DNA from: a virus
Taxonomy: Duplodnaviria > Caudoviricetes
Reading direction: 5' to 3' (one strand)
Virus record (IMG/VR): IMGVR_UViG_3300012344_000386
Location: 64,001 to 128,000 of that record
Length of the DNA: 64,000 nt
Below are positions 24,393 through 34,402 of the stretch, piece by piece. How positions within the stretch are numbered: the first letter of the stretch is position 1; the number at the start of each line of letters is the position of its first letter. The position numbers and the translations under genes are program-made. The notes beneath the pieces were generated by a model that saw only the letters and a list, made by a program, of their open reading frames with translations, had not been told where the DNA came from and did no database searches.

Positions 24393-24707
24393 ATGGAAAA
24401 ATATCTATATTTATATTATCAAGAAGGTAATACAGATAATATATATAATTTAGAACTTTCTGATTTAGATTTTGATGAATATAAAGAAAGTTATCCAAAT
24501 TATAATATATGTACATATTGGAATAATATTCCAGATACATTTTCTCTATATCACTTAAATTGTCCAAAGTTTGGAGGTATGTCTGGTATTGCATATTGGG
24601 ATAACGAGGATCCAGAATTACAACATTATACACATTGTTTTTTATATAATACAGATAAAGTATATATAAAAAATCTTGTTGAACGTGTTTTAAATACATT
24701 GAAATGA
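24393..24707 (+). CDS. hypothetical protein
   Basis: 104-aa ATG ORF between cassette B and the SAM-binding subunit; no recombinase motif recognised. Confidence 0.65.
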   Translation: MEKYLYLYYQEGNTDNIYNLELSDLDFDEYKESYPNYNICTYWNNIPDTFSLYHLNCPKFGGMSGIAYWDNEDPELQHYTHCFLYNTDKVYIKNLVERVLNTLK

Positions 24708-24721
24708 TTAATTAATGTAAT

Positions 24722-25198
24722 ATGAATAGTAGTTTTGATATAGAATAGTTTTTGTGTTTAGATAGTTATGCAACGGAAGAGAGAGTTTCCCGAAGAAAGG
24801 GATCAGCAGGTTCCCAGGAGTTTTTTACACCGTTTGAATTAATTAAGCGTATGTCTGATAAAGTTTCAGAAGATCAGTGGAATAATACAGAATCAAATTT
24901 CTTAGAGCCATCATTCGGAAATGGAAATTTCGTTATCTATATAATATATAATAAGATACAACATGGTTCAACATGGAAACAAGCATTAGAACATACATAC
25001 GGAACAGAACTAATGCAAGATAATGTTATAGAAACACATGGACGAATATTAGAAATGTTATCTAAACTTAATATAGATTATAATGTTGATACAGCAAAAT
25101 CAATATTAAACAATAATCTCGTTTGCGCAGATTTTTTCAAATGGGATTTTGAGAATTGGTGTCCGATAAAAGAGAATAAATGTGAAGCACTATTTTGA
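24722..25198 (+). CDS. methyltransferase SAM-binding subunit (motifs X-I-II-III); TAG at codon 9
   Basis: QEFFTP (motif X), FLEPSFGNGNF (motif I), YGTEL, CADFF. ATG 24722 is in frame with track ORF 24752 through one TAG. Confidence 0.8.
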
Positions 25199-25320
25199 TT
25201 ATGTAAATAAAGACATAGGATTTTTATAATTATATTTTCAGTATAAATATATAAATGAAAATTAAAATATAAATAATTACTATGAATAAAAATTAAAAGA
25301 AATCACTTTATGAATCTATA

Positions 25321-25728
25321 ATGAAATCTGTTTCAAAAACAGTAAAAAGAGCGCTTAATGAAAACTCTAATATACCTATGTCTTTAAATAATTTAAAGAA
25401 AATAATTTTATCATATTTTAATTCATCTGAAGTTAGAATTATGAGAGGTTCAAAAGGTACACATAGAGAACCAGAATCATTATTGAGAATATTTGCAAAT
25501 AATTATAATTTACAATAGAAATTCGATGATTTTTGTGGAGGAGAAAATAGTCATTTAACTATTCAATAGAATAATAATGGAACATATACATTAGCCGTTG
25601 GTCCTGTTGATAAAATAGATTTCGAATTTGAAGTATTTTCTGATCCTGATACAGAAGTATCATTTGGAGAGTTTTCATCTATAGATGATGCATTAAGTAC
25701 ATTTACACAAGAATTATCTACATATTAA
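25321..25728 (+). CDS. hypothetical protein with ..KRALNE leader (TAG=Gln); upstream leader broken by TAA
   Basis: Reads through two TAGs to TAA 25726-25728. The in-frame ATG at 25282 is followed by TAA at codon 5. Confidence 0.6.
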
Positions 25729-25731
25729 TAA

Positions 25732-25774
25732 AAAATGGTGAATATTTAATTTTATGTTAAATATTCACCATTTT
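25732..25774. terminator. bidirectional terminator
   Basis: AAAATGGTGAATATTTAA / TTAAATATTCACCATTTT. Confidence 0.8.
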
Positions 25775-25777
25775 ATT

Positions 25778-26131
25778 TTACTTTTTCTATATTTTTCTTG
25801 AAGAAAAGTTCAATTTTTTAACCTTTTTATTCTTCCAGTTATATAGCACTGTATCAACATCAGTTTTACCGGAAACAATATTACTATATAACTGTTGGTC
25901 CATCTATGTTAATCCCATTTCCTGGTATGATAGATGACCTCCCAATAATTTATATCTTGTACCATTATCTGTATATACTTCTCTTCCTATCTGAAATACT
26001 AAAGTATCTTCAAGTAATCTACTATCATTTACTTCATCTCTTAATTCTCTCAGTTTATCTTCTAATGAAGCACCAAAAGATTTCCTTATTGTATTTTCTG
26101 ATAATGGTCTTATATTAATAATTCTTTTCAT
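25778..26131 (-). CDS. hypothetical protein, 117 aa with TAG=Gln
   Basis: Track ORF 25904..26131 extends through TAGs to TAA at 25778, next to the terminator. Confidence 0.65.
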
Positions 26132-26134
26132 TTA

Positions 26135-26551
26135 TTAAACATCATAATCTTCGTCTTCTTCATAAGTGTCGAACTCATCATCTACATCAGAATCATCAGG
26201 ACCTAATGGATCAACATTTTCATAATCACCTGATTTTGATTCCCATTGGTAATTGTCTTCAATAGCATCTACCAATGCGTCTTCATCTGATGTATCCACA
26301 TCATCATGAATCTCACATACATATTCATCATTATCATCATGAACCTCGTAGAATGTTCCACCTGTTTCCTCATCATAACAAGGAATAACAGTGCATTCAC
26401 AACCAATCAAAGGAACATATACAGTAATATCATCATCTGGATCAACATCCTGCTCGATACCATCGCCATATTCATTTAACTTTTTCTTAACTATCTTTGA
26501 TACATTCATCATGATAGACTCATATAATTTCTTCTTTTCACTAACTTTCAT
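26135..26551 (-). CDS. acidic protein with KKLYESIM..VKKKLNE leader
   Basis: 138-aa ORF; basic leader followed by a D/E-rich body. Confidence 0.75.
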   Translation of the reverse strand: MKVSEKKKLYESIMMNVSKIVKKKLNEYGDGIEQDVDPDDDITVYVPLIGCECTVIPCYDEETGGTFYEVHDDNDEYVCEIHDDVDTSDEDALVDAIEDNYQWESKSGDYENVDPLGPDDSDVDDEFDTYEEDEDYDV

Positions 26552-26600
26552 TTTATTATTAAAAATTATATTTTAATTCATATATATTTATTTGTATTCA

Positions 26601-28226
26601 TTATAATAGAGAATCAATCATGGCTTTACCATAATATGTAGGCATTATAATCATATATGCTTCATCATCACTTCCACCATATAGGGAATGACCATATTTC
26701 CCGTCATTATTACAACATATCAATTTCACCAATGATACACCCCAATGATCTTTATTCTAAACAGCCTCCTTAAATGAATTAGGAAATGTCTTATCATCTG
26801 TAGGTATATAGTAATAGTTTGATTTACTTGTATAAGGATTATAATATTTTTTAGTAAAATTATCATATGTAATCTTACATTGTCCTTTACTACATATCTT
26901 AACCATTATAGGATAACCATTACCATCATTAAACATTGTCCACTTATATCCTGGCAAGCCACATCGTTTATCTAATAATGTTCTAAATATTTTTTTGCGC
27001 TTATTATATTTCTTATTATCTTCCTTTAATTTTTTTATATCTGTTTTATCTTTTTCATCATAATCATTTACATTTCCTGTAAATGTTACAGTCCATATCC
27101 ATTCTGTATAATTAGTATAATAATTTTTTGAAATATTTAAATTACCATATGATACATTTACCGGTTTAGGTCTTGTACATGTCAACATAAGTCCTTCATC
27201 AGGTGATAAAAAAACTCGATATACATTTTCATCCTATTCAAACATTTGTTTCACAAAATTATTATCAATTGCCTATATATCATGTCTGCGTTTATTTATA
27301 AAATCTTCGTATTCCTTAAATCTTTTATTTATAGTTTCTGTTAAATCTTTACTAATACTATAACGAGATTCACATGCGTATTGTATCTATTGTTTTACCT
27401 ATGCAGGTGTCATATTTTCAAATCTATAATAACCGAATAAAGACGGTGCTTCAACCTTATATAATTTCCATCCTTTACTGTTTATAAGGTTTATGAAATC
27501 TTTCAAATATTTAGGATAATTCCATGTGTATTCTGGTGTTATGCTTGTACCACTCATATTAAATACAAATTTATCATATTCTTCATTTGTATGCTTGATA
27601 TATTTCCATCCACGTGGTTTTGTAATACCTATACTCTACATTAATACATTTTCTAATGATGTTTCTTTTGGTAGATCTAAAATCTTTTTTTGTAAGTCAG
27701 ATGTTAATGCTCTATTAACTTCATCGTCTCCAAATATATCATCATCGTCGAATAATCCGCCTCCAGATGTTTTCTATTCTACTGCATTATCAAAACCTTT
27801 ATTGTTTTCCGTATTATCTTTTGTTTCAACTTGTTTTTTTGTAGATGTATTATTAGTAGAAGGTTTTCCTGTATTTTTATTATATAGAGCTTGAATTTCT
27901 TCAATAGTACCACCTAATTCTAAATACTTATGTCCTACCAATTTAAATGTTTTAATATCATCAATATCATCTTCAGTCTATGGACATGGTTTTCTCATTA
28001 TAATAAGAGCTGCAACATATCTATTGAGAAGATTATCTTTATCTCCTTTACCTGGTTTAATATTCTCTGCTTCTGTTGATTTATTTCTAGAACATGTAGA
28101 TGCTACGCTTAACCAAAGTTTCTTATCTATGGTTCTCTATACAGAAAGTCTTGCCATTTCATTTATTGATTTCTTAATAGCAATACCTATACTTTCAATT
28201 AAACTTCTATATAATTTTTGATTCAT
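26601..28226 (-). CDS. mosaic protein, 541 aa with TAG=Gln (N-domain paralog of 57894, C-domain paralog of 50191)
   Basis: Translated by hand from ATG 28226 to TAA 26601 with only TAG interruptions; KKSINEMAR..LWLSVASTCSRNK..LLNRYVAALIIM..; GLFDDDDIFGD..KPRGWKY..LSPDEG. Confidence 0.8.
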
Positions 28227-28277
28227 TTTTAATATAATAAATTATTATATTATTTATTTTACATATATAAATAAAAT

Positions 28278-28318
28278 AAAAAGTCTGAATTATAATCATA
28301 TATAATTCAGACTTTTTT
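28278..28318 (-). terminator. intrinsic terminator
   Basis: AAAAAGTCTGAATTATA / TATAATTCAGACTTTTT. Confidence 0.8.
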
Positions 28319-28325
28319 ATATCTA

Positions 28326-28493
28326 TTAATACCAAATTGTTTTATCAGTATCTATTAGTTTCAAATTTTCATTAATAGGAACACCTATTGTTACCTTTGG
28401 ATCTTTCTTTATATTATAGTTATCATAAACAGTCCAAGGCATCTTTACCTGTACTTTATCGGAATTGAATTGATTAGTTTTAATCTGTTTCAT
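28326..28493 (-). CDS. small hypothetical protein (55 aa)
   Basis: MKQIKTNQFNSDKVQVKMPW..., below the track length cut-off; preceded by AAGACT-N17-TATAAT (28535-28563) and followed by a terminator. Confidence 0.5.
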   Translation of the reverse strand: MKQIKTNQFNSDKVQVKMPWTVYDNYNIKKDPKVTIGVPINENLKLIDTDKTIWY

Positions 28494-28561
28494 ATTAATT
28501 ATTATGTAAAATTTATTAGTTTATTATTTTACATATTATAATGAAATTCCAAAATAAAGTC

Positions 28562-28909
28562 TTATGATTTATAAGCACATGTTTTAAAATATTTAATTAA
28601 TTCACAAACTAAAGAATATTCTTGATATTCTTCACATGTTTGAGGATTTGCTAAACATCCTGTTAGCCTATCCATTGTTTTACATTTACAATTTTTACAT
28701 GGTGGATTTTCACATATTTGTTTAATCTTCTCCATTTTTTCAGGAGCAATCATGAGATATTCGCATTTACTCCATTTCTCTCGTTCTGCTTTCCTGCCTG
28801 CATGCCATCCAGCATTATAGATATTTTCCAAAACATGAGTCATACTATTTGTAATATCTGGAGAATATCTATCTATAATTTCTTTTCTTCCTTTTTCTAT
28901 ATTAGACAT
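28562..28909 (-). CDS. hypothetical Cys-rich protein
   Basis: 115-aa ORF containing CKNCKC..C..C. Confidence 0.65.
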   Translation of the reverse strand: MSNIEKGRKEIIDRYSPDITNSMTHVLENIYNAGWHAGRKAEREKWSKCEYLMIAPEKMEKIKQICENPPCKNCKCKTMDRLTGCLANPQTCEEYQEYSLVCELIKYFKTCAYKS

Positions 28910-28959
28910 AAACTATATTAAATGTTTATATGTTATATAAAATAATGGTTAATTTGTTT

Positions 28960-29484
28960 TTAGTAAAAGATTTTCGTAATTACCTTATCATACTTCAAAT
29001 TCTTTATGTATCGCGTTATAATTTCTTTTATATATAATTTATCATGTTGACGAATATAACTCAATACAGAGAGATTCTGTGGTATTTCTGAAGACTTTAT
29101 AACTTCATATCCACCTACGCATGAAGACATCTTTATATTTTTATCTTTATCCATGTAAACATAATAATAATCTTCTATTGTAGACGTCGCACATATAAGA
29201 AACCCTATGTCATCGCTATCAAACTTTATATATTTTCCACCGTCTCTGTTTACCTCATTAACAATAAGATTATAATTTGATTTCTTATTTTTCTTTGCAG
29301 ACTCTAAAGATTTATTAAGAATATAATCATAATTAGTTCTCCAATGTTCACATGTTAAACATTTATCTTTTTTAATAATAGAGTAATCATTATATAATAT
29401 ATTCGGATCACAAAAAATATTAGTGTATGGACATTTTGGATATGATTCTTTATTTATATCTATTGATTTATTTACTGTTATCAT
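28960..29484 (-). CDS. hypothetical protein
   Basis: 174-aa ORF. Confidence 0.7.
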   Translation of the reverse strand: MITVNKSIDINKESYPKCPYTNIFCDPNILYNDYSIIKKDKCLTCEHWRTNYDYILNKSLESAKKNKKSNYNLIVNEVNRDGGKYIKFDSDDIGFLICATSTIEDYYYVYMDKDKNIKMSSCVGGYEVIKSSEIPQNLSVLSYIRQHDKLYIKEIITRYIKNLKYDKVITKIFY

Positions 29485-29486
29485 GA

Positions 29487-30644
29487 TTAAATAATTTTCT
29501 TTTCTTTAAATTTCTTATATATTATTTTATATATGTCTTCTCTATATTGTTTTATTTTATAATCATAGAAACTTACTATCTATACAGCAATATTATGATA
29601 TTTACTATAATTTTTATATTTTTTATCCATATAATTTTTAATAAAATCCCAATTTATCTAAGTTTTGTTATATATTAAATGATGTTTCTATAATAAATAA
29701 CCTAAATAAAAAATTGGTAATAAATCATTGTTTTCTAAATAACTTTTTAAATCAAACATATAATCTTCAAATTCCTGATAATTTGTTAATATATCTAAAT
29801 CATCATAATTTCTCATAAAATTATATATAGGATTATTTATATTATTAATTACTTTAATATTTTCATCATCATCTTCATGTTGTATATATTTTGTATATTT
29901 TTTTATTTCTGTTGGTGATAATTTATTGATAAATTCAGCTAAACCATTTATGTGTGCATTATGTTCAGTATTAGAGAATAAGTAAACCATCCTATTTAAC
30001 ATATTTTTTGCTAATGGATTTATATCTAACATTATATCATTATCCTTATCAATTCCTATAGTATTTTTTAAATTATTAATATTATTAAACTTTTTAGCAG
30101 AATACATTTCAACAACATGTGTTAATTCATGTTTTAATACAGAATATATAAATTTTTCCATATTAATATAATAAACATTTATATATATTCTTATATGATC
30201 ATTATCTAAATTTATATCATTAGATATAATTCTATTTTCTGTTTTACCATATACATTACTTTTATTAGAATATAAATTTACATATATAGGGTGATCTTTA
30301 TTAATATTAATTGATTTATATATTTTATATGTTTTATGATTATTAACTTTATATATTTTAAAGCAATAATTTGTATATATGTCTTTTCCTAAATTATTTT
30401 TATTATCTTTAATTATTTTTATAATATTATTTAATATCTATTGAGATATACATACTTCATGATATTTTTCATTTAATTTATATAATTCAAAATTTGGAGA
30501 ATGAAATACAGATTCGTAATCTCTTATATCCGTTAAAACACCATTATATGGATGGATTTGCTCTTCTATATTTAAACTTTCTTTTAATCCTTTTGATATT
30601 GCATCTAATATATCATCCATTAAATTCTATTTGTTATTAATCAT
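29487..30644 (-). CDS. putative zincin metalloprotease (HELTH), 385 aa with TAG=Gln
   Basis: Joins track ORFs 30438..30620 and 29688..30161; ATG 30644, TAG at codon 6; VLKHELTHVVE plus NTEHNAH. Confidence 0.65.
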
Positions 30645-30682
30645 TATTTACTTTAATATTTTATATTTTATTCTATTTATAA

Positions 30683-30711
30683 TAGACTTTTTCTTATACT
30701 TATCATATACA
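30683..30711 (+). promoter_or_regulatory. sigma70-like promoter (TAGACT-N17-TATACA)
   Basis: Same motif and spacing as 10441-10469. Confidence 0.5.
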
Positions 30712-30763
30712 TTAAGTAATTAAAAAATTTAGATTTAACATTAACATTTAATTTTAATAAATT

Positions 30764-31564
30764 ATGGCAAAAGTAGAAAAGATGAATGTCGTACTTGCGA
30801 AGGTCGACCATTCTGCATCAGTGTATGCAAAGGAAATTAATGAGTATGCATCTTATTTTAAGAATTCACAAGGCGCATTCCGTGGTGAGAAGAAGACTTA
30901 TGTTCCTCGTGAGGGTTATCCAGAGGATCCTACAAAGAAGGGTGTAACTGCTGTACAGACTACAGTTTCAGAACAGTTGAATTGGTTTAAGGATATTGCT
31001 ACTAATTATCTTAATGAGGTATTTTCAGTTGAAGCTACGAATTCTCTCGGTGCAAAGAAGGTAGAGCTTGTAGTTGATGGTCATTCATTCGGTGAACTAA
31101 CTGCATTGGACCTTATGCGTCTTAAGAGTATTCTTACTTCTAAAGAGTTGGTAACAATGTATGAGAGAATCCCTGTTTATTCAGATTCAGAGATTTGGAC
31201 ACCAACACATAATACAGAATATAATGGTCGAGAGATTCTTGAGAATGAACTTGTAAAGGGTGTTTCCCGTACTACAGAGACAACAGAAGAGATTTTGAAG
31301 GATCCTAATATTGATCCTGCTAATATTCCAGCTAATTATCGTGCGGCGGTTGTTCAACGTAAGAAGACAGTTGAAATCGGTGATTATACATTGCAAAAGT
31401 TTACTGGTGAGTGGTCACAAAAGCAACGTGCTGATTTGCTTGCTCGTCGTAGTAAGTTGCTTAAGGCTGTAATCGCTGCTCTTAAGGAAGTTAATGATCA
31501 AGAAACAGTTGAGTCAAATCTTGATACAAATGCTCTTATTGATTATATCCATTACGGTAAGTAA
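30764..31564 (+). CDS. hypothetical protein (helical), high-expression codon bias
   Basis: 266-aa TAG-free ORF with its own promoter and terminator. Confidence 0.85.
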   Translation: MAKVEKMNVVLAKVDHSASVYAKEINEYASYFKNSQGAFRGEKKTYVPREGYPEDPTKKGVTAVQTTVSEQLNWFKDIATNYLNEVFSVEATNSLGAKKVELVVDGHSFGELTALDLMRLKSILTSKELVTMYERIPVYSDSEIWTPTHNTEYNGREILENELVKGVSRTTETTEEILKDPNIDPANIPANYRAAVVQRKKTVEIGDYTLQKFTGEWSQKQRADLLARRSKLLKAVIAALKEVNDQETVESNLDTNALIDYIHYGK

Positions 31565-31585
31565 TTAATAATATATAATAAAAGT

Positions 31586-31624
31586 AAAAGAGAATAACTA
31601 TATTGTGTTAGTTATTCTCTTTTT
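31586..31624. terminator. bidirectional terminator
   Basis: AAAAGAGAATAACTA / TAGTTATTCTCTTTT. Confidence 0.8.
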
Positions 31625-31632
31625 ATTTTTAA

Positions 31633-32697
31633 TTAAAGGTCTTCAAAATATTGACATACAATTTTTACACCATTGTTCATCTATGGCATGTCATTTTTAT
31701 TTCCTTTAAAATATTTTTTCCTAACTTGATATATAAATTCCGCATTATTATACGCATTTGTCATAATAGTTTCATTAGCTTTAAATTTTGCTAAATACAG
31801 TTCCGAAACTATATATGATCCGTCTATCTGTTTTGGTCCATTTTCTAAATCTGATAAATTATTATTACTTAATTTAAATGTACCACAAATTCTTGTATTT
31901 TTCATATCTAACTGATATAACATACAATCATGTATTTCACATTGGTCCATTATTAATGATGGACAATATGCTAATGTGGTTAAATATGGACACTCCTATA
32001 TATACAATCCATTACTTAATTTATTTGGACATCCTTTTAAACTTTCAAATGAAGGTAATGAAACTAATACAATTCTCTCTACTGAATCTGGAATTCCTTC
32101 TAAATCTACTATTTTCTTACATTTAATTAACTATATAAATCCAACATTATCTGGAATTCCATTAAATGAAGTAAACATATTACAATTTTCTATATAAAGA
32201 TGCTCTATTGATTTACATGTATTACTTAATCCTTTCAATGAACGTATTTTACAATTAATAAGCGATAATACACCTAATTTCTCTGGTAATTGTACATTTA
32301 AATCTTTTTCCTTACATCCTTTTATATTTAATGTCCCATCTATTTCTTTAGGTAAATTAATAAAGTCTGCAAATTCTACAGTATTACAAGTTATTTTATT
32401 AATTTTAACATAATCTGGAATAGAATTCATAAATTTTGCAACTTGTACATTAAATTTTAAATTACAATGTAATCCATCTGATTCAAATGTATATTCAATA
32501 TCATTACCTTCATCACATTTAAATGATGTTCCATATTTACAAATAATATTATCTAACAACCATTCTTTAATTTTAGGTTTATCTTCCGTTTCAATTATCT
32601 ATTGAGATACATTATTTGAATTATCTGAATTTGATAAAATTTCATCATCAAAATCATCAAATAATCCCTCCATTAATTTCTTAATTAATTTATTCAT
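31633..32697 (-). CDS. LRR-like repeat protein (SLxGxP repeats) with MNKLIKKLMEGLFDD leader, 354 aa with TAG=Gln
   Basis: Joins track ORFs 32131..32559 and 31681..31950; repeats SLKGLS, SFNGIP, LEGIP, SLKGCP, DLENGP. Confidence 0.7.
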
Positions 32698-32732
32698 TTA
32701 ATAAAAATTAACATTTAAATATTTATTAAAAT

Positions 32733-32767
32733 AATAGGATGATATATTAGTTTATATCATCCTATTA
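32733..32767 (-). terminator. intrinsic terminator
   Basis: AATAGGATGATATA / TATATCATCCTATT. Confidence 0.65.
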
Positions 32768-32770
32768 ATA

Positions 32771-33532
32771 TTATTTCTTAATGTTAATTATCCACCCATA
32801 ATTAAAGTATCTATTTACAACTTTAACTTGTGTATTAGCAGGTAAATCCCAATGTTTTATCATTCTAATAATAGAGTGAATATTAAGATTTTTCTTTTTC
32901 CTAATATCCATCATATTAGATGTAAATGGTAATGATTCAATCCAATTAGTCCAATAATTATACTCCTGATTTGCTTCCCACATTATATCATTACCTGATA
33001 AATCTCGAAGTTCAACAAACCACCAAGATTTCCTACTTTCTTTATATACTTTCTTATTACTATGTCTATCAGTATAAATAAAATTATATCTTGGTTTCCA
33101 ATTAGGTTTTTCAATTACCTTATAATGAAAATTCTTCCCTAATCCATTTCTCTGATATGTATCATGTTCAGATCTATAATTCTTTATTTGATTATATTCT
33201 TCACCATATTGTTCTTTTAACCTATTTTGAATAAAATCAATAGGGCAATTTCTTATAAGCCAAATATCGAAATATGTTGATGTATTCCAAAGAGGAATTT
33301 CAAAATGTTTTTCAGCGTCTTCCTTTGATTCATTATATGTTTTTATATGTCGTTGAATAATTTCATTTTTCCAACTATTGAATTCTTCTTCTGTTATATC
33401 AGGATACATAAGGAAATCAATAGCATTATACACTAATCCATTTTTTAATTCTACTTTTTTATCTTTACACCAATCTCTAACTTGTATAAACTGCTGATAA
33501 TCAGATATATATGTTTTATCTATGTAAGCCAT
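32771..33532 (-). CDS. hypothetical protein
   Basis: 253-aa TAG-free ORF in a minus-strand operon. Confidence 0.8.
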   Translation of the reverse strand: MAYIDKTYISDYQQFIQVRDWCKDKKVELKNGLVYNAIDFLMYPDITEEEFNSWKNEIIQRHIKTYNESKEDAEKHFEIPLWNTSTYFDIWLIRNCPIDFIQNRLKEQYGEEYNQIKNYRSEHDTYQRNGLGKNFHYKVIEKPNWKPRYNFIYTDRHSNKKVYKESRKSWWFVELRDLSGNDIMWEANQEYNYWTNWIESLPFTSNMMDIRKKKNLNIHSIIRMIKHWDLPANTQVKVVNRYFNYGWIINIKK

Positions 33533-33535
33533 AAC

Positions 33536-33700
33536 TTATTCCTCCTTATCTTCTTCTAGATCTTCAGATTTTATATCACCTTTTAAAAATGGTTCTTGAG
33601 GATCTACTAATGGAGCTTTCTTAATAGCATATGTTAGCCATACAAAACAAACCAATGTAAATGCTGTATATATAATACAGATCCAACTTATAAAATTCAT
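33536..33700 (-). CDS. small membrane protein (54 aa)
   Basis: MNFISWICIIYTAFTLVCFVWLTYAIKKAP..., fills the operon gap exactly. Confidence 0.55.
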   Translation of the reverse strand: MNFISWICIIYTAFTLVCFVWLTYAIKKAPLVDPQEPFLKGDIKSEDLEEDKEE

Positions 33701-33719
33701 AATCATATTTTGTTAATTA

Positions 33720-34172
33720 TTAATATTTAGATAATAGATAAATTATTGTATTCAATGAATTAATATGTTCATCTATTTGTGTTTTTATTTCATCAGTTCT
33801 ATCTGAATAAATTTTTCTCAGCATCTCAATATTTTCAAGTCTAGTATACATATATTTATGTAGATTATCCTTTAATTTGGTATACTTATCATAATTTTGA
33901 ATATCAGATAAAGGATCAAGTTGAATAAGTTTACCATTTAAAACGGTAAAATATCCTTTTACTTGTCCTCTAATTCCGTCTTCTACGAAATAAGATTTAT
34001 CACTATTATCAGGCTTTACTGAATAACCCGCGTATGTTCCAAGAAAGAATTTACCAGATAACCTATTTAAAAAATAACATTCTTTATATGCTTCAATAAA
34101 TTGGTCTGAATAATTATTTTCTTTTTGATGTTCTTTCAACCAATCATATACTTCAAAATTTATCCGCTCCAT
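33720..34172 (-). CDS. hypothetical protein
   Basis: 150-aa ORF, tightly packed in the operon. Confidence 0.75.
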   Translation of the reverse strand: MERINFEVYDWLKEHQKENNYSDQFIEAYKECYFLNRLSGKFFLGTYAGYSVKPDNSDKSYFVEDGIRGQVKGYFTVLNGKLIQLDPLSDIQNYDKYTKLKDNLHKYMYTRLENIEMLRKIYSDRTDEIKTQIDEHINSLNTIIYLLSKY

Positions 34173-34173
34173 T

Positions 34174-34395
34174 TTATTCTATTATATTATTATTTTCTAA
34201 TCTCTTTACTTTATTTTCAAGTAATTCCACTCTACTTACTAATGATGTAATTCTTTCATTAACTTTTTTTAATCTGGATGAATCGCTTTTATCTTTACCC
34301 CAGAATGTTTGCTCTACTTCCGATGTATGCTTAGAATCATATATCGCATAAACAGTTATGCAAATAACAATTACAATAATAACAAATCCTGCCAT
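34174..34395 (-). CDS. small membrane-anchored coiled-coil protein
   Basis: N-terminal TM helix followed by a coiled coil. Confidence 0.7.
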   Translation of the reverse strand: MAGFVIIVIVICITVYAIYDSKHTSEVEQTFWGKDKSDSSRLKKVNERITSLVSRVELLENKVKRLENNNIIE

Positions 34396-34402
34396 GTTTA
34401 CA

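Noticed and set aside
24393-24707. Invertase for the methyltransferase cassette
   Set aside because: Only 104 aa, with no serine-recombinase (YxRVS) or tyrosine-recombinase (R..HxxR..Y) motif.
27526-28221. Plus-strand ORFs 27526..27894 and 28024..28221, and other antisense shadows (e.g. 8039..8368, 10761..11129, 41167..41490, 57854..58174, 62330..62593)
   Set aside because: They are antisense to well-supported genes and show no protein-family features.
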